This document shows, in pieces, positions 48,967 to 58,042 of a DNA stretch of 64,000 bases (positions within the stretch are counted from its first letter, which is position 1; every line of letters begins with the position of its first letter). The notes beneath the pieces were generated by a model. That model was not told the DNA's origin. It did no database searches and saw only the letters and a list, made by a program, of their open reading frames with translations. This DNA is from Polyangiaceae bacterium. Lineage in GTDB: Bacteria; Myxococcota_A; Polyangia; Polyangiales; Polyangiaceae. The stretch is from NCBI GenBank assembly GCA_965222375.1, contig CBDCTZ010000016.1, positions 2,336,001 through 2,400,000 on the forward strand, written 5' to 3'. The position numbers and the translations under genes were made by a program.

Positions 48967-49818
48967 ATGAGTCGGCATACCCTGTTGGTTCAGATGGCTG
49001 CTCTTGCTCTGGCGACATGCGGGGCCGGATGCGGCGACGATGGCGCGGACGCTGGGGGACGCCCAGCAGGCGTGGGCGGGTTCAGCACGGGCGGTTCAGC
49101 CACCGTTGGTAACGGCGCCGGCCATTGGGGGATGGCGGGCTCGAGCACCGGCGGTTCGAGCACCGGCGGTTCGGGCACCGCGGGCTCGAGCACCGGCGGT
49201 TCGGGCACCGCGGGCTCGAGCACCGGCGGTTCGGGCACCGCAGGCTCGAGCACGGGCGGTTCGAGCACGGGCGGCTCGAGCACGGGCGGCTCGAGCACGG
49301 GCGGTAGTGGTGGTGACTGCACACTGTGGGACTACAACGCCAACGCGCCCTGCCCGCCCGGCGTCTACAATTGCGATTGTGCTAGCGGATGTGGGTCGTC
49401 GTCGAGTTGTGGCGGCGGCGGCGGTGGTGACTGCACACTGTGGGACTACAACGCCAACGCGCCCTGCCCGCCCGGCGTCTACAATTGCGATTGTGCCAGC
49501 GGATGTGGGTCGTCGTCGAGTTGTGGCGGCGGCGGCAGCGGTGGCCCGAATCCAAGTGGGTACGAAACCAAGTTCCATCATACGGCGACCGGCTCGAGTG
49601 ATGGTGGCAAGTCCTTGGTGCTGTGCCCCGGGCAGACCATCAAGTTCGACTCGTGTGCCGTGGGTAGCGTGAAGATCCCGTGGCACGGGTACGACAACGG
49701 GAGGGAGACCTACTGGAACATGTCTCAAGAACCGGCTGGAGACATCGTCTGTACGAAGGGTGGGAAGAAATACAGGTACAGGGCTGACAAGACGTTCGTC
49801 TACGGCAAGTGCTCGTAA
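48967..49818 (+). CDS. Lipoprotein with GGSST repeats and a duplicated Cys-rich module
   Basis: GAGC lipobox; DCTLWDYNANAPCPPGVYNCDCASGC present twice. Confidence 0.78.
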   Translation: MSRHTLLVQMAALALATCGAGCGDDGADAGGRPAGVGGFSTGGSATVGNGAGHWGMAGSSTGGSSTGGSGTAGSSTGGSGTAGSSTGGSGTAGSSTGGSSTGGSSTGGSSTGGSGGDCTLWDYNANAPCPPGVYNCDCASGCGSSSSCGGGGGGDCTLWDYNANAPCPPGVYNCDCASGCGSSSSCGGGGSGGPNPSGYETKFHHTATGSSDGGKSLVLCPGQTIKFDSCAVGSVKIPWHGYDNGRETYWNMSQEPAGDIVCTKGGKKYRYRADKTFVYGKCS

Positions 49819-49819
49819 C

Positions 49820-50458
49820 GTCATGGGTAGTGTGCCCAAACGAATGGCTGAGTTCCGTCGAGATTCCGTCCAGTCCGATCGCTCCGTCCGCCGCATCCAC
49901 GAAGTCGAGGGTGCCGTCGGCCTTTCGCTCGACACGGACCGGTAGCGGCTGTGCATGCTTGTCGAGCACAAACAGACGTTGGTTGGCTGTGGGCGTTGCG
50001 AGCTTCTGCGGTTGCGTGGCGGCGGATAGGTCTAGGTAGATGTCCACCTTTGGCGTCTCCGGTGTCGCCAGCTTGCCCAACGCAGGGCCGAGCTCGCCCG
50101 GTGCGTGTGTGGCTTGCTCGCCACTGCGGAGTACGGTTCTGAACGCGCCATCGGGCTCGTGCGCGAGATACGCCACGGCGCGCCCAGCGTCATCGGGAAT
50201 GAGCTTGAACAGTACGCCGGAGCGCTCCGCAGCAAGGGCCGCGCCTCCCGCGATGAGCGTGCCACCCTTGGCAGCTTTGCCTGCCGCAGCCGCGCCCTTG
50301 GCGCCCTTCGCGGCCTTGCCCGCTTTTGCGATGGCTTTTGCGATGGCGCCCACGATGGCCGCTTCGCTTGGGGCCGCCCACGAAGTCAGTGCGACGGCAA
50401 GCACCAAGAGCCGCCACAAACGGCGCGGCCCCGCCCAGCTCATGCGATCCCAGGCCAT
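49820..50458 (-). pseudogene. Exported hypothetical protein, probably 3'-truncated
   Basis: Signal peptide and AKA-rich segment; frame runs into the convergent gene. Confidence 0.45.
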
Positions 50459-50509
50459 CTCGCCGCGATTGTACTCCGCATTGCGCGCAATGCTCCCCCC
50501 GCGCCTGAA

Positions 50510-51601
50510 TCAGGGAGGTACGACCGCGCCGTAGATCTTGAAGTCGTCCAGCAACCCGCCGGCCGGGCCGGTTGGCCCACCGCTCACCGATGCGGCGCCG
50601 ATGGCGATTTGTCCCATGTCGTGAGACGTCACCTCGGGCGTGCCGTTCACGCTCGATTGGTACTTCGGCTCGGCTCCGTCGAAGTAGATGCGCACGGCCT
50701 GACCCGAAAGCGAAAAATCCCAGGTCACGGTGATGCGAACCCAGGTCAACGCTGTGAAGGAGTACTCGGACGCCGCCACCGATGTCGTGCGGACTCCGCC
50801 CTGCTTGTCCCGGAAGCTGACCTGAAACTGGTTTCCGAGTCCGTCGCCGACCTTGCGAACGACCATACCGTTGGCGCCGGATTCGAATCCGGGCGAAACG
50901 AAGAAACCATGCAGCTTGCCATCGAGTTGGCTCAGGTCGGGGCGATACCAGAAGTCGATGCTGCCCCGGGAGAGATCGAAGTTGCCTTTCTCTGGAAACT
51001 GGATGTACTGGCCGTCGGAATCCACGCGAATCGCGTCGCCGCACTTGCCCGGCTCGAAGTTGGCCGAGGGGATAGTCGTCGTGCCCGCACCGGAACCCGA
51101 TGCGGGCACCGTGATGTCCGGCAGCTTGTCTAGGGTCGTGTGTAAGAGCAGCGGCTGCCCTTGAACCGGCGCGCATCCAGGCGGCGTGCTCGCGTCGCCA
51201 TCGCTTCCTGCGTCGGCACCGGCGGAGCCCCCGCTGCCAGCCACCGCGGCTCCGCCACCTGCACCGCCCACGCCACCACTGCCGCTCGCGCCGCCTCCCG
51301 CATCCGATTGCGGTGCAGCTTGCCGACTCGAGGAACTCGAGCAGGCCAAGAAGGCTCCGAAAACCGTGCAGGCGAAGAGTAGCCGCAGCACCACGGCGGC
51401 ACGATACCACGCCCGCGACCCAGAACTCGGGGGCATCAGCCTTCGGAGTTGGGCCGAGTACGGGCGGGTTACTTCGAAGGCCACCTCAGCTACCGTCGTA
51501 GCGAGGGCGACAGCGAGGAACAGGAGTATCGCGGCAGTATCAACGAGCGACTGGCGACGAAGCAACGGGACGTCTGGTCCGGAATACCCGGGCAACTCCA
51601 A
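50510..51601 (-). CDS. LamG/ConA-like lipoprotein (true start probably downstream, near 51400)
   Basis: FLAC lipobox, GSIDFWY, W.RITVTWD, IYFDG, LLDDFKIY. Confidence 0.78.
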   Translation of the reverse strand: MELPGYSGPDVPLLRRQSLVDTAAILLFLAVALATTVAEVAFEVTRPYSAQLRRLMPPSSGSRAWYRAAVVLRLLFACTVFGAFLACSSSSSRQAAPQSDAGGGASGSGGVGGAGGGAAVAGSGGSAGADAGSDGDASTPPGCAPVQGQPLLLHTTLDKLPDITVPASGSGAGTTTIPSANFEPGKCGDAIRVDSDGQYIQFPEKGNFDLSRGSIDFWYRPDLSQLDGKLHGFFVSPGFESGANGMVVRKVGDGLGNQFQVSFRDKQGGVRTTSVAASEYSFTALTWVRITVTWDFSLSGQAVRIYFDGAEPKYQSSVNGTPEVTSHDMGQIAIGAASVSGGPTGPAGGLLDDFKIYGAVVPP

Positions 51602-51615
51602 CGTAGCTGGCGCGG

Positions 51616-52929
51616 CTACAGCTTGACATCAACCGGGACGGAGCTGTCTGCGTGGGAGCCATTGCCGAGTTGCGCATCCTTGTTGGCGCCCCAACACTTG
51701 AGAGCGCCGGTAGTGAGCACCGCGCAACTGTGGAGCCCAGAGGACATGGCCGCGACGTTTGCGGTCAGGCCGCTGACGTCAGCCGGAACCAGGCTGTCTG
51801 CCTTGCTCCCGTTTCCAAGCTGACCGTGATCGTTGCGACCCCAACACTTGGCGGCTCCTGACGTCAGGATCGCGCAGGTATTGTCGAGGCCAGCGGCAGC
51901 GGCCGCGACGTTTGAGGTCAAGCCGCTGACAGCTACCGGGGCGAAGCCTGTTTTGGAGCCGTTGCCAAGTTGTCCTCGGTCGCTGTTGCCCCAACACTCG
52001 AGCCCGCCGGAGGCGCTCACTGCGCAGGCGTGATTGCTGCCAACTGAAATCGAGGCCACGTTCGCGGTGAGGCCGCCGACGTTTACGGGAACCGGACTGT
52101 CCGTTTTGGAGCCGTTGCCAAGCTGACCGTAGAAGTTGTTGCCCCAACACTTGACCCCACCGGACTTGACAAGGGCGCAGGTGTGAGCGCTGCCTGCAGA
52201 TACGGCCGCGATGTCGGCGGTCAAGCCAGTGACGTCGACCGGAGTAAGGCTGTCGATCTTCTTGCCGTTGCCGAGTTGACCTTGGCCGTTTTGTCCCCAG
52301 CACTTCAGGGCTCCGGAGGTCAAGACGGCGCAAGCGTGGTGGTCTCCACTGGAGATGGCGGTGACGCCAGTGACCAAGGCTTTGACGTCAACCGGCACTG
52401 GGCTCTGCGTCTTGGAGCCATCGCCGAGTTGACCGTGGTTGTTTTGCCCCCAGCATTTCACAGCGCCGGAGGTCAGCAGCGCGCAGGTGTGACTACTCCC
52501 GGCCGAGATCGCGGCTACCCCTGCTTCCAGGCCGCTGACGCTATCCGGAACAGGCGCTTGGTGCGTCTTGCCGTTGCCGACCTGGCCGTAGAGATTGAGG
52601 CCCCAACACTTCGCCGCTCCGGAGGTCAGGATGGCGCAGCTGTGGTGGAGTCCGACGGAAACAGCCGAGCCCAGCGCATTGGTGGAGCCGCCTTGGCCCG
52701 CGAAGCCCCCCGTGCTGGTGCCAGCAACACCGCCGACGCCCGCCATACCACCGGAGCCGGCTGCGCCGCCGGAGGTTGAGCCGGCTGCGCCGCTAGAGGC
52801 CGCTGCACCACCGGAGCTGGTCGCGCCGCCGGAGCCTGATGAGTCGTCCCCGCTACAGCCCAAGGCCGGGAACAGAAACGAGAGGAAAAGCGCTGGCACT
52901 GCCACCCGCATCAACGCGTCCCCCACCAT
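51616..52929 (-). CDS. RCC1-repeat lipoprotein
   Basis: LGC lipobox; 7 repeats of H.CA....G..KCWG.N..GQLG.G. Confidence 0.92.
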   Translation of the reverse strand: MVGDALMRVAVPALFLSFLFPALGCSGDDSSGSGGATSSGGAAASSGAAGSTSGGAAGSGGMAGVGGVAGTSTGGFAGQGGSTNALGSAVSVGLHHSCAILTSGAAKCWGLNLYGQVGNGKTHQAPVPDSVSGLEAGVAAISAGSSHTCALLTSGAVKCWGQNNHGQLGDGSKTQSPVPVDVKALVTGVTAISSGDHHACAVLTSGALKCWGQNGQGQLGNGKKIDSLTPVDVTGLTADIAAVSAGSAHTCALVKSGGVKCWGNNFYGQLGNGSKTDSPVPVNVGGLTANVASISVGSNHACAVSASGGLECWGNSDRGQLGNGSKTGFAPVAVSGLTSNVAAAAAGLDNTCAILTSGAAKCWGRNDHGQLGNGSKADSLVPADVSGLTANVAAMSSGLHSCAVLTTGALKCWGANKDAQLGNGSHADSSVPVDVKL

Positions 52930-53366
52930 ATCGTTGCACTCGTGTTGATTGTCGTCGCTTGGGCGCCATCGGCCCGTCAGGAAATCAGGAGCTCACGCCG
53001 GCACCCTTCAAACCACAGCATACCACGAACTCGGGTGGTGGCCTTGGCGGGGCCGCGCAGGCGCGAAATGTACGCAGCGCACCTCGTCGCATGGGTGGTC
53101 GATGAATCCAAGTTGGTGAGTCCCCCTGCAGCACCTGGCGACAACGCTGCCAGCGCTGACTATTCTCTGCCGCCGCGTTAGAGTCCCGCCGCGGTGACGG
53201 CGGACGAAGATAGTGGCACTCTGATCGAAGCGATTTCGGTCGTCGATCATCGGCGACGATCAGGTCCTGGGCGGGGCCAGCGCTTGGAGCTCGCCGCGAG
53301 TTCTCCAGCGAACCGCTCGTCTTGCCTCGTGGCTATTCCCTCTACCCGCAGCGGAACAACTGAGTC

Positions 53367-55031
53367 ATGAACGCCGCGTGGGTATGCATCGCCGGGCTCG
53401 CGGTTTTCTTCTTGGGCTATCGCTTCTATTCTCGGTTCCTCGCTGACCGCGTCTTTGGCCTCCAAGCCGATGAGCCGGTGCCCGCCCACGCCAAGGCCGA
53501 CGGCGTCGACTACGTTCCGACTCCGCGCGCCGTGCTGTTCGGTCACCACTACTCGTCGATTGCCGGGGCCGCGCCGATCATTGGTCCTGCCATAGCCGTG
53601 GTTTGGGGTTGGGTTCCCGCCATCGTCTGGGTGGTCTTGGGCAGCGTGCTGATGGGGGCGGTGCACGACTTTTCGACCCTCGTGCTCTCGGTGCGCAGCG
53701 GTGGCCAGAGCATCGGTCAGCTCAGCGCCAAGGTCATCGGGCCGCGCACGCGCCCGTTGTTCTTGCTGGTCATCTACTTCCTGATCATGTTGGTGATCGC
53801 GGTATTCGCGAAGGCGATCGCCACATTGTTTGTCGCGCACCCGGGCACGGTGTTGCCCATCAACTTCGAGATCATCGTCGCGCTGGTGATCGGTTGGTTG
53901 TGCTACCGAAAGAAAGCAAAGCTGCTATGGCCATCCCTGGCCGCCCTGGCGGCCCTCTACGTGATGGTCTGGGTGGGCACGTTGGTGCCGATTCGACTCT
54001 CGGGCCTGGTCGGTGCAGAAAACCAACACTTGGCGTGGGTGGTGTTGCTGCTGGTCTATTCCTTCGTTGCCAGCGTGCTGCCGGTGTGGACGCTGCTGCA
54101 ACCGCGCGACTACATCAACAGTCATCAATTGCTGGTGGGCCTGGCACTCTTGATCCTCGGTATCTTGGTCGCGCAGCCCCTGATCACCGCCCCCGCTTTC
54201 GCAACGGCTCCGGCGGATGCGCCCAGCATGCTGCCGTTCCTATTCGTGACCATCGCCTGCGGGGCGATCAGCGGTTTCCACGGTCTGGTGTCGTCAGGCA
54301 CGACCAGCAAGCAGATCGCTAACGCTCGGGATTGCCGAACCATCGGCTACGGCGGCATGCTCGGTGAGGGGCTCTTGGCACTGCTCGCCACCCTGGCTGT
54401 CAGTGCCGGCTTGGCAGACTGGGCGGCGCACTATCATTCCTTCGCGGCTGCAGCCAAAGGCGGCATCGCGGCCTTCGTCGAGGGCGCATCGACATTTCTG
54501 ACAGCGCTGGGCCTGCCACGTGGACCATCTCAAATCCTGGTAGCGGTGATGGTGATCTCCTTCGCGGCAACCAGCTTGGATACCGGGGTGCGGATTCAGC
54601 GCTACATCTTGCACGAGCTCGGGGAGCTGTACGGCATCCGGGCGCTGTCCAATCGCTTTGTGGCTGGCGGGTTGGCAGTGGTGCCAGCGCTGCTGCTGTA
54701 CCTGACCGGTCAGGAAGGCAACCTTTGGCCGCTGTTTGGCGCGAGCAACCAGCTGCTCGCCGGGCTGTCGCTGGTGGTGGTGACAGTTTGGATGGTCCGC
54801 GCCCGGCGCCCGTGGGTTTACACCGGCATTCCAATGCTGCTCGTTCTCGGCATTGCCGGCACGTCGATGGCACTCAACCTCGCCAAGTATCTGCACACCC
54901 AGAACTACCTCCTTCTAGTCGTGGGCGCGGTGATCTCCGCTCTTCTGGTCTGGGTGGTTCTTGAAGGGATTACCGCCGTGTTGCGGCACTTACGCGCCCC
55001 GGTTGGTGCTGGCGCCCCGACGGACGACTGA
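53367..55031 (+). CDS. cstA: Carbon starvation protein A family transporter
   Basis: DGVDYVPT, FGHHYSSIAGAAPIIGP, LLQPRDYIN, TIACGAISGFH, WPLFGASNQLLA. Confidence 0.95.
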   Translation: MNAAWVCIAGLAVFFLGYRFYSRFLADRVFGLQADEPVPAHAKADGVDYVPTPRAVLFGHHYSSIAGAAPIIGPAIAVVWGWVPAIVWVVLGSVLMGAVHDFSTLVLSVRSGGQSIGQLSAKVIGPRTRPLFLLVIYFLIMLVIAVFAKAIATLFVAHPGTVLPINFEIIVALVIGWLCYRKKAKLLWPSLAALAALYVMVWVGTLVPIRLSGLVGAENQHLAWVVLLLVYSFVASVLPVWTLLQPRDYINSHQLLVGLALLILGILVAQPLITAPAFATAPADAPSMLPFLFVTIACGAISGFHGLVSSGTTSKQIANARDCRTIGYGGMLGEGLLALLATLAVSAGLADWAAHYHSFAAAAKGGIAAFVEGASTFLTALGLPRGPSQILVAVMVISFAATSLDTGVRIQRYILHELGELYGIRALSNRFVAGGLAVVPALLLYLTGQEGNLWPLFGASNQLLAGLSLVVVTVWMVRARRPWVYTGIPMLLVLGIAGTSMALNLAKYLHTQNYLLLVVGAVISALLVWVVLEGITAVLRHLRAPVGAGAPTDD

Positions 55032-55103
55032 AACTCGCCTCCATCGACAATGAGGCTGAGCTCGGAAATCTCTCCTTTGGTGACGAGGCGGACCGCCCCA
55101 GGG

Positions 55104-55685
55104 CTAGGGTTGGAGGAAGCTGCAGCCAGATTGGCAGTCGGCGAGCCAGCAGTCGGAGATGGGCTTGAAAAGTGGGAGAGCGCTGGCGCAACTAGCGCAA
55201 GTTGTTGAGGCGCAGCTCAGCCCCTTGCTTCCGCAGTAGGCGAGGTAGCACTCCAGCAAGTCGGTGCAGACCGGGTCGGCGAGGCAGGTTTCAATCTGAG
55301 CGCAGCACGACTGCTGGGTGCACAGGTTGCAGGTACCGGTCCCCGTTGAAACCTCTTGGCAGGAGGACCAGAGCCTGTTGCTGGGGCAGACGATGCTGCC
55401 ACCCGAGCCGCCGGAGCCGCCGCCGCTGGTTCCGCCGGTTGCAACACCGCCGGTGGCGCTGGAGCCACCGCCGCCCGTGGCTGCCCCGCCGGAGCCGCCG
55501 CCGCCGGACGAACCGCCGGTGTTCAAGGCGATGCAGGTGCCGGTGGTGTCGCAGACGAAACCGGCGGGGCAGGCACCACCGTCGGCACAGCTGATGGGGT
55601 TACCGCCGCCGGAGCCGCCGGAGCTGCAGGCGACGAGCGCGCCGGCGAGCGCCGAGATGAGGACGGAACGGGTGCGGAAGATCAT
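55104..55685 (-). CDS. Cys-rich lipoprotein
   Basis: LVAC lipobox, Gly linker, C..C....CC....C domain. Confidence 0.75.
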   Translation of the reverse strand: MIFRTRSVLISALAGALVACSSGGSGGGNPISCADGGACPAGFVCDTTGTCIALNTGGSSGGGGSGGAATGGGGSSATGGVATGGTSGGGSGGSGGSIVCPSNRLWSSCQEVSTGTGTCNLCTQQSCCAQIETCLADPVCTDLLECYLAYCGSKGLSCASTTCASCASALPLFKPISDCWLADCQSGCSFLQP

Positions 55686-55859
55686 CGAGGCGTTGATGCG
55701 TGCAGGAAACACGAACCGTTGCACGGCCGCAACTCGTGGGCCGTGCGCCGCGAAAGTTGTGAGTTTCCGCGCCGGGGCGGCCTGGACTCTGGCGTCTGGG
55801 TCGAGTGGCGAATCCGCTCGCCGGTACTAGTCGAAGGGCAGTGGCCGACCTCGCCCAGC

Positions 55860-55920
55860 CGACCCATCACTGCCGCGCGTTGTACGAGGAGCGAAAAATA
55901 CGACTCAAACCAAACCAAAC
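55860..55920 (+). repeat. Motif A copy 6
   Basis: CGACCCATCACTGCCGCGCG...AAATACGACTCAAACCAAACC. Confidence 0.88.
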
Positions 55921-56228
55921 CAACAAGTAGAAGCCATTCGTCTTCCCATATGCCCGCGTTCGCAGTTGTCGTTTTCGCAACGGATGCTGGTCCCGCCTCG
56001 AGCGTAGAAGCGGCTCGCTTCTCCAGCGTCGGTGCCCTGACTCGGTGACGAACACGACAGAAGATCAACGTTCTTCTCGTTTGCGAACGACACGCAAGAC
56101 GTGCGCAATTTGTCTCTCGACCAAGCCCTCGCTCTGGCGTCGAATCGCGCAAGAAGTGCGTCCTCTGCGCGGCTTGCCTTCCCTAGGTCGTCCCCTATAA
56201 TTCGCCCCCTTCACCCGAGAGTAACCTG

Positions 56229-57086
56229 ATGAGCGTCGACACAGCGGAGCTGGGACCCTTCGCCGAGGGGGTCATCAAGAAGACTCGGCGAATCACCCGA
56301 GAGGACACCGTAGAAGTGCGGGAGATCCAGTTGCACATTGCCGATCCGGCGCTGCGCTACGTCGAAGGGCAGAGCATTGGGGTGGCCGTGCCGGGACCGC
56401 ACGAATTCGGCAACAAGTTTCACGTGCGCCGATACACGATCGCTGGGCTCCAGGACCGCAATTACGAAGGCGTGGACCTCGAATTGGTGGTGCGGCGTTG
56501 CGACTACGTCGATGACTACAGCGGCGAGAAGTACCCGGGCATTGCGTCCAATTTTCTGTGTGACGCCAAGCCCGGTGCCAAGATCAACGTTCTCGGTCCG
56601 TACCCGAACCCATTCAAGATCCCCACGGACGACACAGCCAACCTGTTGATGATCGGCACCGGAACGGGGATCGCGCCTTTCCGGGCATTCATCAAGCACA
56701 TCTATGATGAGCGCGGTGGGTGGAAGGGCGACGTTCGATTGTTCTACGGGGCGGAAACAGGGCTGGACCTGTACTACATGAACGACGTCGACGATGACCT
56801 CACGAACTACCTGACCAAGGAGACCTTCGAGGTGATCAAGGCGGTGGCGGGGCGGCCGATGATGAGCGCCGAGCAAGGGCTCGAGCACGGGCTGGACGAA
56901 AACGCCGCCGCGGTGTGGGAGATGCTGCGAAAGCCCAATACCCATGTATTCCTCTCCGGGCTGCAGCGGGTGGCGACCGCGTTCGACAAGGTCATGGCGA
57001 AAACGGCCGGCTCCGAGCGATCCTGGGAGGACCTCAAGCAGCAGCTTCGCGACCAAGAGCGGTGGTCGGAGCTGCTGTACCCCTAG
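56229..57086 (+). CDS. Ferredoxin-NADP(+) reductase family protein
   Basis: EGQSIGV, RRYTIA, GIASNFLCD, GTGTGIAPFR, LFYG. Confidence 0.9.
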   Translation: MSVDTAELGPFAEGVIKKTRRITREDTVEVREIQLHIADPALRYVEGQSIGVAVPGPHEFGNKFHVRRYTIAGLQDRNYEGVDLELVVRRCDYVDDYSGEKYPGIASNFLCDAKPGAKINVLGPYPNPFKIPTDDTANLLMIGTGTGIAPFRAFIKHIYDERGGWKGDVRLFYGAETGLDLYYMNDVDDDLTNYLTKETFEVIKAVAGRPMMSAEQGLEHGLDENAAAVWEMLRKPNTHVFLSGLQRVATAFDKVMAKTAGSERSWEDLKQQLRDQERWSELLYP

Positions 57087-57106
57087 GCAGCCTGGAGCGG
57101 AGCGCC

Positions 57107-57976
57107 TTGTTAGCGAGCGTACTGACAGCGATAGCAACGACGGGCGCGCTGACCCTTGTGTTGGCTACGCTGCTGATCGGCGCCAACCGCAAGCTGCACG
57201 TGGCCGAGGATCCGCGCATCGACGTGGTGGAGGAGCTGTTGCCGGCGGCCAACTGTGGTGCGTGCGGCTTTCCGGGCTGCAGGCCCTTCGCCGAAGCCCT
57301 CGTCGCCGGCACGACCACGCCGGGCAAGTGCACCGTCAGCCCCGAGGCGGGGCACAAGCGCATTGCGGACTTTCTGGGTGTAGACGTCGGCGGTGAAGAG
57401 AAACGCGTGGCCCGCCTCGCTTGCGCAGGGGCCAGCAACGTGGCGCGGGATCGGGCGAAATACCTCGGCACTTCCAGCTGTGCGGCGGCCAACCTGGTGG
57501 CGGGTGGCGGCAAGGGCTGCTCCTGGGGCTGCCTGGGGCTGGCCGACTGCGAAGTGGCCTGTGGCTTCGACGCCATAGTCATGAACGAGCAAGGGCTGCC
57601 CGTGGTCGACGAGGTGAAGTGCACTGCCTGCGGCGACTGCGTGGACGCCTGCCCCAAGAACCTGTTCTCGATTCACCCAGTCAGCCACCGACTGTGGGTC
57701 GCCTGCAGCTCGCTCGAGCACGGCGACGAGGTGGAGGAGGACTGCGAGGTGGCGTGCACGGCCTGTGGGCGGTGCGCTTTGGACGAACCGGAAGCGGTGA
57801 CCATGGCCTCGAACCTGGCCGTGGTCGACTACAGCCGGCCCATCAAGACGAGCCGGGCGATCGAACGCTGTCCCACGGGCGCGATCGTTTGGCTCGAGCC
57901 CGGCGGCGGGATCCGTAAGGGGTCCGCGGCCAAGAAGGTCATCCGCCTCGGCGTGCGCCGAACCGCACCCACGTGA
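57107..57976 (+). CDS. rnfB: Rnf complex subunit B
   Basis: TTG start, TM anchor, LP.ANCGACGFPGC, ferredoxin motifs. Confidence 0.9.
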   Translation: MLASVLTAIATTGALTLVLATLLIGANRKLHVAEDPRIDVVEELLPAANCGACGFPGCRPFAEALVAGTTTPGKCTVSPEAGHKRIADFLGVDVGGEEKRVARLACAGASNVARDRAKYLGTSSCAAANLVAGGGKGCSWGCLGLADCEVACGFDAIVMNEQGLPVVDEVKCTACGDCVDACPKNLFSIHPVSHRLWVACSSLEHGDEVEEDCEVACTACGRCALDEPEAVTMASNLAVVDYSRPIKTSRAIERCPTGAIVWLEPGGGIRKGSAAKKVIRLGVRRTAPT

Positions 57977-58042
57977 ACGACCTACCCAACGACTTAGTCA
58001 ACCCTGACTAACCCGCACCCACCCGGAAAGGGAGCCGAAAAA

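Noticed and set aside
49130..49310. 15/30-bp tandem DNA repeats as a non-coding element
   Set aside because: They encode the GGSST/GGSGT linker of a lipoprotein.
12224..56000. Integron or prophage
   Set aside because: No IntI or tyrosine integrase, no convincing attC sites and no phage structural genes.
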